Assembly: GCA_964016885.1 (NCBI GenBank)
Contig: OZ024743.1
Coordinates: 124,000,001-124,064,000, forward strand
DNA length: 64,000 nt
DNA from: Eledone cirrhosa
Taxonomy: Eukaryota
Direction: 5' to 3'
A model generated the notes under the pieces. It was not told where the DNA came from, made no database searches, and worked only from the letters and a program-made list of their open reading frames with translations. The translations under genes and the position numbers were made by a program. Below are positions 20,100-30,290 of this stretch, piece by piece (within the stretch, counting starts at the first letter, position 1; each line of letters opens with the position of its first letter).

Positions 20100-21300
20100 T
20101 ATTGTGGTTGGAGTTGATAATGGATTGTATGAAAAGTCGAATAGAGAAATTCCACCCTTAACTCTAATTAAGTTTGTTTGCTATACAATGCAATTCGTAA
20201 TGGCTCACGTTTCAGAAGCATCTCTTTCAGGAAACTTAGAATTTTTAGTTGCTGAAACATAAGTGGTTTTCACCCTTCGTCTAGACTAGCAACTTATATG
20301 TAGTTGGATGGAACTATCAAAAGAAATTCTATTTCTCTGGAAATCTTGAGAAATTATGCAAATTGTTCAATTGAAACTGCTGTAGATTGAATCGTAAACC
20401 AGTACTAAGAGCTAAAACCTCACTTTAAATAAAAAAATGTTATACAACTCTAATTCTGCATATGTATAACGATGATAAAGATTTGTTGAGTTTTTGTATT
20501 CCAGACTGGTTCAAGTTCAATAAGTGAATGAAGTGTCTGGATGTAACAGTGTAAACAAAACTAAACTGTTTACAGATCTTTCTCCCTTGATTAATACTAT
20601 TGTCAAAATATTAGTACTGTCAACCAACATACTGGACCCTCTGCATTCTGATATATACTGAAATTTAGGTTACGAACTATATCCTGGATAAAGGTTTGAA
20701 GAAAACGTTGCCAAACTAAATGACCTTAAAGAAAATAATCCAGGATTATAGAATTAATGTAAGAAATAAATCGAAAAAATTCCTTCTTTGACTAGTTCGA
20801 CAGCTTAAGCAGAGATTCCTCAAGTACATAAATGTTTGAAATATACATCTTGCTTTTCTTTTGAAAATACATTAAAACGCTTAAAATAACCTATTGATCC
20901 CATTTTAGATATGATGTCCAGCACGGGGGAAGAAATCGTTACTGCTGAGTACCAATAGAATAGTATTCATTTAAATAAAAGAAGATATATACGGCATACT
21001 GAACAGTTCTAGACAGAAGTAAATGAATATGAAGATATTTCAGGAATTAATCTCTTCAAAGAAATTTCTATCTGAGCTATAAAGTCACATTTATTGCTAA
21101 ACTCGAATACTGAAATTGAGAGAGTGTTTAGTCCTACGAATTTAGTAAATAACAATTTAAGAAAGTCAATGAACCTGTACTTGCTGAAAATTTATTCTGT
21201 CGGTAAAGGATGACCTCAGGCGCAATGTTGAATGTTACAACCATATCCCATTACTAGCATCTGCAATAAATTCAATAGGGAAAATAGCTGCATACAGTAA
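20100..21300 (+). pseudogene. highly decayed hAT-superfamily transposase remnant
   Basis: Around 21090-21180: LLNSNTEIERVFSPTNLVNNNLRKSMNL, resembling the hAT C-terminal ERxFS motif; many stops; boundaries approximate. Confidence 0.5.
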
Positions 21301-21689
21301 AAAAAAAAATTTTTTTAAAGCTGAAAATGAAAGTTATAAAGAAGAAAACATTGTTGATTTCGTCAACGAAGAAGATATTTTCGACCATTAACTTAGCATT
21401 TCAAAATTCATCTGGACTTGACGTGTTGGACCTTCTAGCTTTTCCGGATTTTATTACCATTGCTGTCACTAGTTTTTGTAAATATATGCTAAATGTTAGC
21501 AACATATTAACAAAAGGAAAAATTTACAAATTCGTTATTGAATGTCAGTGCAGTGATTTATTTAATGTGAGGAAATCATCAATACAAGAGTAATCGTATG
21601 AGGCGTTTTATATAATATAAAATTGAAAGTAAAAACAAAATTTGTTTTCGATCTAACATAGTGGATACCTAAATGTATTCGTGGGTGAA

Positions 21690-21950
21690 TAATAGTAATA
21701 TTATTATTATTATTATTATATTAAGATTTGGTTTGTTTGCAAGCAAACAGCCTCATTAACGCCATGTATGCTTTCTAGATGACCATGTCATCTTTTTGTT
21801 CCAACGATAGCTGAGAGAAAACACTCGACAATTGTTTCGGTGTTGTGGCTCCTTATAGAGACTGTGTATCATCCTCGCTGCTACACGCTGGCTATTTGCT
21901 TGCAAACAAACCGAATATTAATAATATTATTATTATATTATTATTATTCA
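21690..21950. mobile_element. fold-back Penelope-like 3'-end fragment with hammerhead 3' half
   Basis: Arms GGTTTGTTTGCAAGCAAACAGCC / GGCTATTTGCTTGCAAACAAACC; minus strand contains CACC-GAAA-CAATTG-TC-GAGTG (~21822-21842). Confidence 0.55.
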
Positions 21951-22129
21951 TTCACGAATACAAATTGAGGGTGCCATGGTCAATTACCAATTCAAAACAT
22001 AGAACTGTGCAAGTAACTGTTGAGGGTTTGTTCACTACATATCTGCAAGAGTTTATTTTGTGACAAATATACAAATGTTTTCATTTTTTTTTTTTTCTTC
22101 AATCATATTTTCTGGCTACGATATTGATT

Positions 22130-22310
22130 TCTAATTTAAGCAGATGGCCAGTAATTTGAGAAGAGGAGAAAGTCGATTACGTTGACCTCAATACATCACT
22201 GGTACTCTACTATATCGACTCTGGAAGGATGAAAGGCAAAGTTAACCCCAGCTGAATTTGAAAAAAGCATTTTTTCCAATGCTCTAACGATTCTACCAAT
22301 CCACAGCCTT
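22130..22310 (-). mobile_element. degenerate Deu/Nin SINE
   Basis: CTGGTACTCTACTATATCGACTCTGGAAGGATGAAAGGCAAAGTTAACC. Confidence 0.65.
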
Positions 22311-22875
22311 CTTCTGACTAAGATATTATAAATTATAAATCATATAAAGATTAAAATGTATTTTGTAATGTGTTTGTTAAAGAAAATTACCAAGATCTCA
22401 TTGTCTATAAATTATATTAGTATTTGTATTGCATGTATGGTTTATTCAAAGTTGTAAATAATTCACGGAAGAATACAAAAGGCTAAACTATAAAAGGTAA
22501 ACAAATTTCAGGTTTGTTTCGCTATATTTTTACGTACCTGTAATTGAAGAACACCACAATTTTAAACTGCATGTAAACACATTTGAAAGATATTTGTAAA
22601 CTTGTAAATATGTATTACTTCTGAGAAAAAGAACTCAATACATAAGTATAGTACGTTGTTCTTCGTGTTATTTGTTGTTGTTTTTTTATTTCTTTGTTTG
22701 TTTGTTTTTTTTGTTTTTGTTGGTGGGGTGCATCATTTTTATTAGGTGTATACAAGCTAGAATGTCTCACATTTAGTAATCAGTTCCATTTGACTGCTCC
22801 AGTTGTTAATGAAAACAGCTGTATATGTTTTAGTTTGTCAGTTCAATGTGCGTATCTGTCTATGTATATATCTAA

Positions 22876-22978
<103 letters not shown>

Positions 22979-23464
22979 TGGTCGTAGAAACAGGAAAAAT
23001 AAAATTCAATTCATAAAGTGATTCTAAGTGATGCTTAAGTGATAAGTGCTTTTATGTGAGTGAGTGCGTGTGTGTGTGTACGCGCGTGTGTCTGTGTGTC
23101 TGTGTCTGATTGGATGTATAATATGTATAATAAATATCTTTTTAGCCTCGCTATGAGATTTTTTAATGAGTTGTGAACGTGTCACCTCTATCTCGGCAAC
23201 AAAGTGAAAGAACCGACGGCACCGTTTCTGGATTATTATCTTTCTTCGAAGGACTTACTTCTTTGCTGCTTTGCTTATGAATATCGGCTGATGATGGTCA
23301 TTTGCATACAGAGCAAAAACTAACCGGCTCAAATTAATAAGCAGTAGTATTAGCACTGACATAGCGTGATTCATAATAGGGTTGTATATGAAAGCATATA
23401 CGGTATGTTTATGCATATGTATTTATGTGTACATATACATATATGTATGCGTGTGTGTGTGTGC

Positions 23465-23513
<49 letters not shown>

Positions 23514-23569
23514 AATATGAGAATAAACGTGCTGCGTGGTTGCAAATGGGTTACGTATGAATAAAGTTG

Positions 23570-23671
23570 GTCCTTCATCAGTGATCTTCCAACCATCCTC
23601 GGTATTTCTTCGCTTTAAAGACCATATACCTCCGGTTGGTGCGAGCAACGGCTAAAGAAAGTCGTTGGGAC
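23570..23671 (-). ncRNA. candidate reverse-order (pseudoknotted) hammerhead ribozyme, copy 1
   Basis: GTCC CAACGAC..GCCGTTG CTCGC A CCAACC GGA GGTAT-A-TGGTCTT TAAA GCGA A GAA-ATACC GAGGAT GGTTGG AAGATCA-CTGATGA-A GGAC; covariation against the other copies. Confidence 0.65.
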
Positions 23672-24204
23672 ATGTAAATAAAGGGAACAGCGAGAGTGTA
23701 AACAAACAAAGATGGTGAAGCAACGAAAAATGAGGAAGAACGAGTCAAGTCCCAAATTTCCATGAATATAAGTTCGGTGAAATCGTGAACGAGAGAGAAT
23801 AAAGACCATCAAACCTGGTTGAAATGTGAGCAAGGAAGGAATTCCACACAGGTCAAACGGGAGGAAGAAGGAGTCTAGTCAGTGGATTCGGTTAACATAA
23901 GTTCTGTGAAATCGTAGACGAGAGAGAGAAAAAAGGGGAACCGGCCTGGCCAAGCGTGCGAAAGAAAAGAATTACGCACAGGTCAAACGGGAAGAAGGAG
24001 GAGGAGAGGTAGTAACAGAGAGTGAGTGAGTGAAGGGTGAGGAAGAGGCTAACAGAGAGAGTGACTGTTAGAGAGGGTAAAGATACAGAGAAAGAGGAAG
24101 CAGTAAGAATGAAATAAACGGGTCACAGCGGGGGAAAATATATGTGTAAATATGAGAATAAACGTGCTGCGTGGTTGCAAATGGGTTACATATGAATAAA
24201 GTTG

Positions 24205-24306
24205 GTCCTTCATCAGTGATCTTCCAACCATCCTCGGTATTTCTTCGCTTTAAAGACCATATACCTCCGGTTGGTGCGAGCAACGGCTAAAGAAAGTCGT
24301 TGGGAC
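24205..24306 (-). ncRNA. candidate reverse-order hammerhead, copy 2
   Basis: Apparently identical to 23570-23671, offset by 635 bp. Confidence 0.65.
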
Positions 24307-24365
24307 ACGTAAATAAAGGGAACAGCGAGAGTGTAAACAAACAAAGATGGTGAAGCAACGAAAAG

Positions 24366-24985
24366 TTATTAAATAAATGGAAACTATATTTATAAAACCA
24401 TATTTATTCTATTATATATATTTCAAGGGTACCAACATTTTGGTACACTATCATCAGATAAAATACGAAGTCTGTTTTATAAATTTTGACATAACCAAGG
24501 ATAATATACCTTAACGGTTCAAGTTATCCCTGGAAAGTGAAGGGAAGAGAAAAAAAACCATATTAATAATTTTAAGTATCTGGTTTTTTCTCTTCCCTTC
24601 ACTTTCCAGGGATAACTTGAACCGTTAAGGTATATTATCCTTGGTTATGTCAAATATTTATAAAACATTTTGTATTTTATATGATGATAGTGTACCAAAA
24701 TTTTGGTACCCTTGAAATATATATAATTGTTTCTACTTTTGGCACAAGGCCATCAATTACCCATTACATTACTGGTACTTTATTTTATCGACCCCGTAAG
24801 GATGAAAGGCAAAGTTAACCTCGGCGGGATTTGAACTCTGACCGCCAAGGGACGTAACTATGCTGGAAAGCATGGCGTCTGATCCTCTACCGATACTGCC
24901 AACCCACCGCCCTCCTTGAAATATATATAATAGAATAAATATGGTTTTATAAATATAGTTTCCATTTATTTAATATCATTGAATA
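24366..24985. mobile_element. fold-back Penelope-like 3'-end element with one HHR per arm; right arm interrupted by a SINE
   Basis: ~195-bp arms around a 20-nt spacer (24561-24580). HHR at 24405-24465(-): TATTTTAT-CTGATGA-T AG.GTACCAA..TTGGTAC.CT T-GAAA-TATATA-TA-ATAGAATA. Confidence 0.85.
24728..24913 (-). mobile_element. full-length Deu/Nin SINE with 18-bp TSD
   Basis: CCTTGAAATATATATAAT at 24710-24727 and 24914-24931. Confidence 0.9.
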
Positions 24986-25037
24986 TATATAAGTACTAAC
25001 TTGGTCATTTGCAATTGGAACACATGTATACTTATAT

Positions 25038-25640
25038 ATGTGTTCATCCCTCTCATATATCCAATTATATTACACGGCTTGGAAAGAGCTATTTAATTGT
25101 AAAAGACTATTTTGAGTTTATAACTCAATCTATGATATTCTCGGCTCCGCATGTAGAGCTAACCTTAGTCTCATAAACCCAGCTGCTATTTTTAGCGGCA
25201 TGAGTATGAGATGCGCTAGGCGCTGCGACATGTGCGTTTATACCAGCATATCTCTCAGTCTTCTTAGATCCTTTGAAGTGAAAGGTACGAATTTCCTGGA
25301 TACCTGCAGATGAGCACAGGAATTCTGGCTTTCACTTAATAATTCTTGCAAAACAGAATTTGGTCTGCCCGGGTATCAAAGGCTATTGCTTGATATAGGT
25401 TTGTTATTTTTATTGATTTATTACTTTAAATCGAGTCAGGCAAACCATATTGTTTTAAATTAGTATTTTTTCAACCTAGCTAACTTGGTATACTTGTATC
25501 GGTGTTTATCTAAATGTATACTTGTATTGGTGTTTATCCCTCTCATATATCCAATTATATTATACGGCTCAGAAAGATTCCCTTCTTTGAGCTATTTAAT
25601 TGTAAAAGTCTATTTTGAGTTTATAACTCAATCTATGATA
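25038..25640 (+). repeat. two diverged ~110-bp direct repeats (~25038-25137 and ~25530-25640)
   Basis: Shared ATCCCTCTCATATATCCAATTATATTA...GAGCTATTTAATTGTAAAAG.CTATTTTGAGTTTATAACTCAATCTATGATAT. Confidence 0.75.
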
Positions 25641-25691
25641 TATATACCATCTTTGAGTGTTTACAGTCTCGCTCGTTCCCCTTATTTACGT

Positions 25692-25793
25692 GTCCCAACG
25701 ACTTTCTTTAGACGTTGCTCGCACCAACCGGAGGTATATGGTCTTTAAAGCGATGAAATACCAATGAAGGTTGGCAGATCACTGATGAAGGAC
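25692..25793 (+). ncRNA. candidate reverse-order hammerhead, copy 3
   Basis: GTCC CAACGAC..GACGTTG CTCGC A CCAACC GGA GGTAT-A-TGGTCTT TAAA GCGA T GAA-ATACC AATGAA GGTTGG CAGATCA-CTGATGA-A GGAC. Confidence 0.65.
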
Positions 25794-25974
25794 TAAATTT
25801 ATTCATACGTTACTATTGGTTCACCAACTTGAGCACTCGATGTATGGGTGAGTTCTGTTTTAGTAGAGTATGTGGCATTGTACATTTGGTGTTATACTAT
25901 GGTCAGTCTCCTTTATAAGCAGAGGATACTTTGACGCCTCGTTCCTGGTAGTATCCGTAGCGCGTCATACAACA

Positions 25975-26125
25975 TGCATTGCGGCATAGAGTTATGGCCC
26001 TGTGCGTTCTGAGTTCAAACCCCGCCGAGGTTGACTTTTCTTTCACCCTTACGGGTTCGATATATAAAGCACCAGTAATGCACTGGGGTAATTACTGGCC
26101 TTGTGCAAAAATAGAAACAATTATT
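25975..26125 (+). mobile_element. 5'-truncated Deu/Nin SINE (another at 29220-29328)
   Basis: B box GAGTTCAAACC, core and AAT tail. Confidence 0.75.
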
Positions 26126-27413
26126 TTCATTATTATATGTCTGCCCCCAGGCATAGTTATCCTGACCTTCAGACAACAGTTTTATAGAATTGGCGTCAGA
26201 GCTAGCAGTATATTGCTCTAATCAAGAATTGTCCCTATTTACTGATAGTTAAATTAAATGTATCTGTCAACGAAGTGACAACTTATTTGTTAGTTATCTG
26301 AAAAAAACAAGTAACAGCCAGCCGGTGTTATTACTGTAAAATCTAGTTGATATTTTGGTTCAAGTTTATTTACTAGTAACTAAGCTAGGCCTTAAATTAC
26401 CTTAAATTACAGTCAGGAGTAGAGATTTGATTTACGTAAAATATTCAGATTTCTTGGTATTATAGAGTTTGTGGTGAGGATTATATTTCATGTATTTATA
26501 GTGGAATAGGTGAAGTGGGTGATTACTATTTATTATGCAATGTAATGGGTCTACGTTTGTCTTAGGTACGTATATGTGTTCCAGTGGGGATCATGGGGCT
26601 GTCTGCGTGGATTGATATTTCTGTAATGGTGTGCTAGGATGAATGTTGTCGTTTTAATGTGTTGTCGTTTTAATGCCGCTATCGGGGAAAATGTTGTAGT
26701 ACGTACCTATTTATGAGTACATGTATATGACTGAAGTGTTGGAATGTGCAGCTTGGGTAGGTGCGAGATGAGGTGCTTATGCACATATGTAATTAATTTC
26801 TATAGGCCTGTTGTCTGGACGTCACGATAACCATGCTTGGGGGCTGACATACACACACACCCAATAAAATAAATAAAATTCCACCTCCTCTCAATGATTA
26901 TTCTATCTCAAGTTGAAGAGACAGATACAGTCAGATGTGCGCATAGGCACACACATGTATATATACACACTCACTAAACTAGGTATCTACACGTAGAACC
27001 AATCCCTAATAAAAATTTAAAAAAAATAAAAATTAACACTTATATGAAAAGAATTTACAATTGGATAAATAACATAACCTTATTTGGATATACAGCTAGT
27101 AAACCGCCATGCCCTTCGGCAAACAGTCAGGAACTAGCTGTTGAAATGGCAAGAGCTCAGCCGTCGGGTCCCGACTTTTTATTATATAACCATGCTCACT
27201 ACCCCATGTATCGAGTACTCTGTTGAATAATGGACTAACCAGCTTCAAACTGATTCCATCCCGATATATATATATATATATACATACATATATATATACA
27301 TATATATATATATATAAGGGAACGGGCGAAGGCTTCGAAAACATCATCTTCGTCCGTTCCCTTGTCGTTTTAATTTGGATTGCCTCGAGAACGTAACATT
27401 ATTACGTAATAGA

Positions 27414-27488
27414 GCTGTCTGATGAGATCATGGCACTGGTTAAGCGGAATCTCGTGGCCCCTGTCGTCATTGAAATATGTATCACAGC
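27414..27488 (+). ncRNA. type I hammerhead in a short Penelope-like 3' fragment (27316-27541) flanked by (TA)n
   Basis: GCTGT-CTGATGA-GATCATGGCA..TGTCGTCATT-GAAA-TATGTA-TC-ACAGC; 16-bp fold-back at the left end. Confidence 0.8.
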
Positions 27489-27616
27489 CTTATCAATAAA
27501 CGACTTTAACATCTGTGCAACTACTTCGCATTTTCTTATTCTATATATATGTGTGTGTGTGTGCTATATGTTTGTCGTCGTTTTAATTGTATACTGTTTT
27601 ATTGTTCTGTCAATTG

Positions 27617-27824
27617 GGTAGATAACAGAAGTTTTTAGGGTGTTTTCATTGACGTTTTTATTACCTACCATCTGTCTTATTATTTTTCGTTTCTAACTGT
27701 TAATTTTATTTTCAATATTTTTTTTTTTTTTCTATTTTTAGATTTTTAGATTTTAGACCATAAAAACAAAATGACAGATGGCAATAAAAATGAAAACGAA
27801 AACAACTCAAACCCTGTTATCTAC
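27617..27824. mobile_element. MITE-like fold-back element
   Basis: Terminal GGTAGATAACAG / CTGTTATCTACC and inner CCATCTGTC / GACAGATGG. Confidence 0.5.
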
Positions 27825-27985
27825 CAACAGTAAATATATATATATTGGTTGACCCAGAATTACGCTAAATGAACTTGGGGGCTATTTAAAACTACAAAAT
27901 TATCCCTTGAATTTAATATGCGACAGGGCTTTTTTTTTAAGAAAAGGAATTGGACAAGTCTCAGTTTAGAATACTTAGTTAAGGA

Positions 27986-28276
27986 CAGGGGCCTCGTTTG
28001 CCTTAAAAATGTGAGGGGGACAAACCAACATTTGTTGATTCTTAAAGGAGCATAAATTGCTTATGGTGCCTTTCCCTGGACCCTATCACATAAGTAAAAT
28101 TTTACGCTAATTAAATTAAATATATTCAAATGAAGTTCAGATATAAAAAGAAATAAGCTTAGAAAGAATTTATTATATCAAATAAACAAAAATCAAAAGA
28201 TGGTTTGCCCCCCGTTCCTGAAAAAATGGGGGTGGGGTGACTTGTCCCCTGGTACCCCCCTGAAACAAGGACCTTG
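27986..28276. mobile_element. possible hAT-type MITE
   Basis: Imperfect TIR CAGGGGCCTCGTTT / AAACAAGGACCTTG and subterminal GGGGGACAAACCA / TGGTTTGCCCCC. Confidence 0.45.
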
Positions 28277-28880
28277 GTTCAGGAGGATATGTTTGTGTCT
28301 ATCATCTTTAATGGTGCAAGAATGTCAAACATATTTTTGGTTAGGGAGTGGTTGTGTGTGTAGATATCTAGCTTAGTGAGTGTATATATATGCATGTGTA
28401 CGACTATGTGTGCATACGAGTGTATCTGCCTGGTCAATTTAGAATAATCGTTAAGAGGGGTGGAATTTTATTTATATTAGGGTGTATGTCTTCCCCCAGG
28501 CATGGTTATCGCGACCTTCAGACAACAGGTCTAAAAAATGGTGAGCTGATTGAACAGCCTAGATTGACTGTTATTTCAAACCTACCAATCGTGTCCCGAA
28601 GACAGAAACACAAGATTTAGTGACAGAAAGCTCAATCATCAACAGTAAATTCCACCCGAAGAATATTTTAAAAATTCTGACAAGGGAAAAATCCATATCA
28701 GAAAATGATTCTGAATTTTCTATAAAAAATTTCTATAAAAATCCTATTTCTTTTTATTATAAGTTGAGCCAACTTATGCAGCTTCATATGCAAATGAGAT
28801 TAACCACCTCATTTGCACAGACGAGAAATGTATATATTCTCGTCTGTCTTCTAGTCCAGCAGTCGCAAACGGTGGGAGGG

Positions 28881-28924
28881 ACCGTCCTGACGAAGGCCAG
28901 TTAAGCCTGAAATGCATAGACGGT
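28881..28924 (+). ncRNA. canonical minimal type I hammerhead with palindromic helix III
   Basis: ACCGTC-CTGACGA-AGGC CAGTTAA GCCT-GAAA-TGCA-TA-GACGGT; helices I and II fully Watson-Crick; ~150 nt upstream of a TA tract. Confidence 0.88.
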
Positions 28925-29656
28925 TGTCCCCCTTGCTTCTGCTGGACATCACCAGAGGGCGTTAGCCCCCCGGTGTTTGCATAGCTACGGCTTCCTAAAA
29001 CCGTATTTCCTTGGAGATACGAAATATTTATACATATTGTATAAAGCTATGCTTGAAGCGAGCGAAATCCTATTTCTATATATAGAGAGAGAGAGATGGA
29101 GTAAAGACAACAAAATGGGAGCTTGGTGAATTTGAGGCATCCGATCTCCCTGTAAAAATAGATGTCAGAGGATTTATCGGAAACAAGGGTCTTGGACATG
29201 CGACAAAAGAAAGAAAACAATCCCACCGAGCTTAACTTTGCCTTTCATCCTTACGGGGTCGATAGAATAAAGTACCTGTAATGTACTGGGTAATTGCTGG
29301 CTTTGTGCCAAAAGTAGAAACAATTATTAGAGGCAGAAGAGAAATTGAAACAGGCTAAAGAGAGATGAATGGTGCACCTGATATATTTAGATGGGTTGAG
29401 ATATCTCACCCCGAGTTACAACATAAGCTAACTACTTTCATCCTCTTGTGACGCGTTGCGTTCGACGGAGACGCTTGGTCCGGAGTCATAACATTTAAAT
29501 GTGTGCTATCGTACAGGAGTTTTGACGCTTACATCGGTGTGTGGCCCCGAGTAGCTCTGGTCTCACGGTAGGAGGGATCGAAGCACCTGCAGAATTCCTT
29601 CACCACATGATGAGATATCCACCCTGCATTCGGTGACGGGGTTCAGCATTACCCTC

Positions 29657-29730
<74 letters not shown>

Positions 29731-29733
<3 letters not shown>

Positions 29734-30290
29734 AGAATGAAAAATGGCGTGTTGTGTTGTTGCAAATCTGATATACAAATTAAAATGAAGAATTAGAAAT
29801 AGAGGCCAGGACTATCCATCATCAGTGGTCTTCTAGCCATCATAGGTATTTCTTCGCATTAAAGACCAGATACCTCAGGCTAGCGCGAACAATAACTAAA
29901 ATAAGTTATTGGGATAAAAAGAATTGGGTGGAGAAAGAGAGACAGGTAAACAAACACAAATGGTGAGGCAACGTAAAGAGAGGAAAAAATGAGAAAATCA
30001 AGTCTATGATTCATTTGAACATAAGAACTTGAGAATATTGACGAGAAGACGAAAGACACATCTTAACCGTGCGAAAGTAAGCGAGGAAAGAATTTCGCAC
30101 GGTGTGGGACGATGGGGGAAGTGATAGAGAGGGTGAGTAGCAGAGAGTGAGTGAGTGAAAGTGTGAGGAAGAGGCTAGCCGAGAGAGGATGACTAGCAGA
30201 GAGGGTGCATGAAAGTAAGAGGGACAAGGAGAGAGAAGGAGAGGGAGAAAGAGGATAGCAGTAAGGGAAGAGAAAAAGACAGGTCATTGC
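29731..30290 (-). mobile_element. diverged copy of the ~635-bp non-coding unit, joined head-to-head to Penelope-like element C
   Basis: Collinear with 23511-24140 (e.g. GTAAACAAAC..ATGGTGA.GCAACG, GAGAGTGAGTGAGTGAA.GTGAGGAAGAGGCTA); 3' end at (TG)n. Confidence 0.75.
29814..29915 (-). ncRNA. candidate reverse-order hammerhead, copy 4 (diverged, supplies the covariation)
   Basis: ATCC CAATAAC..GTTATTG TTCGC G CTAGCC TGA GGTAT-C-TGGTCTT TAAT GCGA A GAA-ATACC TATGAT GGCTAG AAGACCA-CTGATGA-T GGAT. Confidence 0.68.

Larger units (their letters stand above)
23511..24362 (-). mobile_element. non-coding ~635-bp unit in partial tandem (about 1.3 copies) carrying an atypical hammerhead-like motif
   Basis: 23511-23727 repeats at 24146-24362 (period 635); 3' end abuts (TA)n; homologues at 25645-25850(+) and 29731-30290(-). 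Confidence 0.8.
26790..28540. repeat. two diverged inverted copies of an unclassified ~200-bp repeat (~26800-26995 and ~28355-28535); fragment also near 26135-26180
   Basis: CCTGTTGTCTGGACGTCACGATAACCATGCTTGGGG versus CCCCAGGCATGGTTATCGCGACCTTCAGACAACAGG. Confidence 0.65.

Noticed and set aside
23281-23340. CTGATGA followed by a hairpin
   Set aside because: No GAAA or convincing helix I partner.
23570-23671. Alternative reading of the 102-nt motif as an HDV-like, pistol or twister ribozyme
   Set aside because: Helix order does not fit those folds on either strand; the hammerhead core register fits better.
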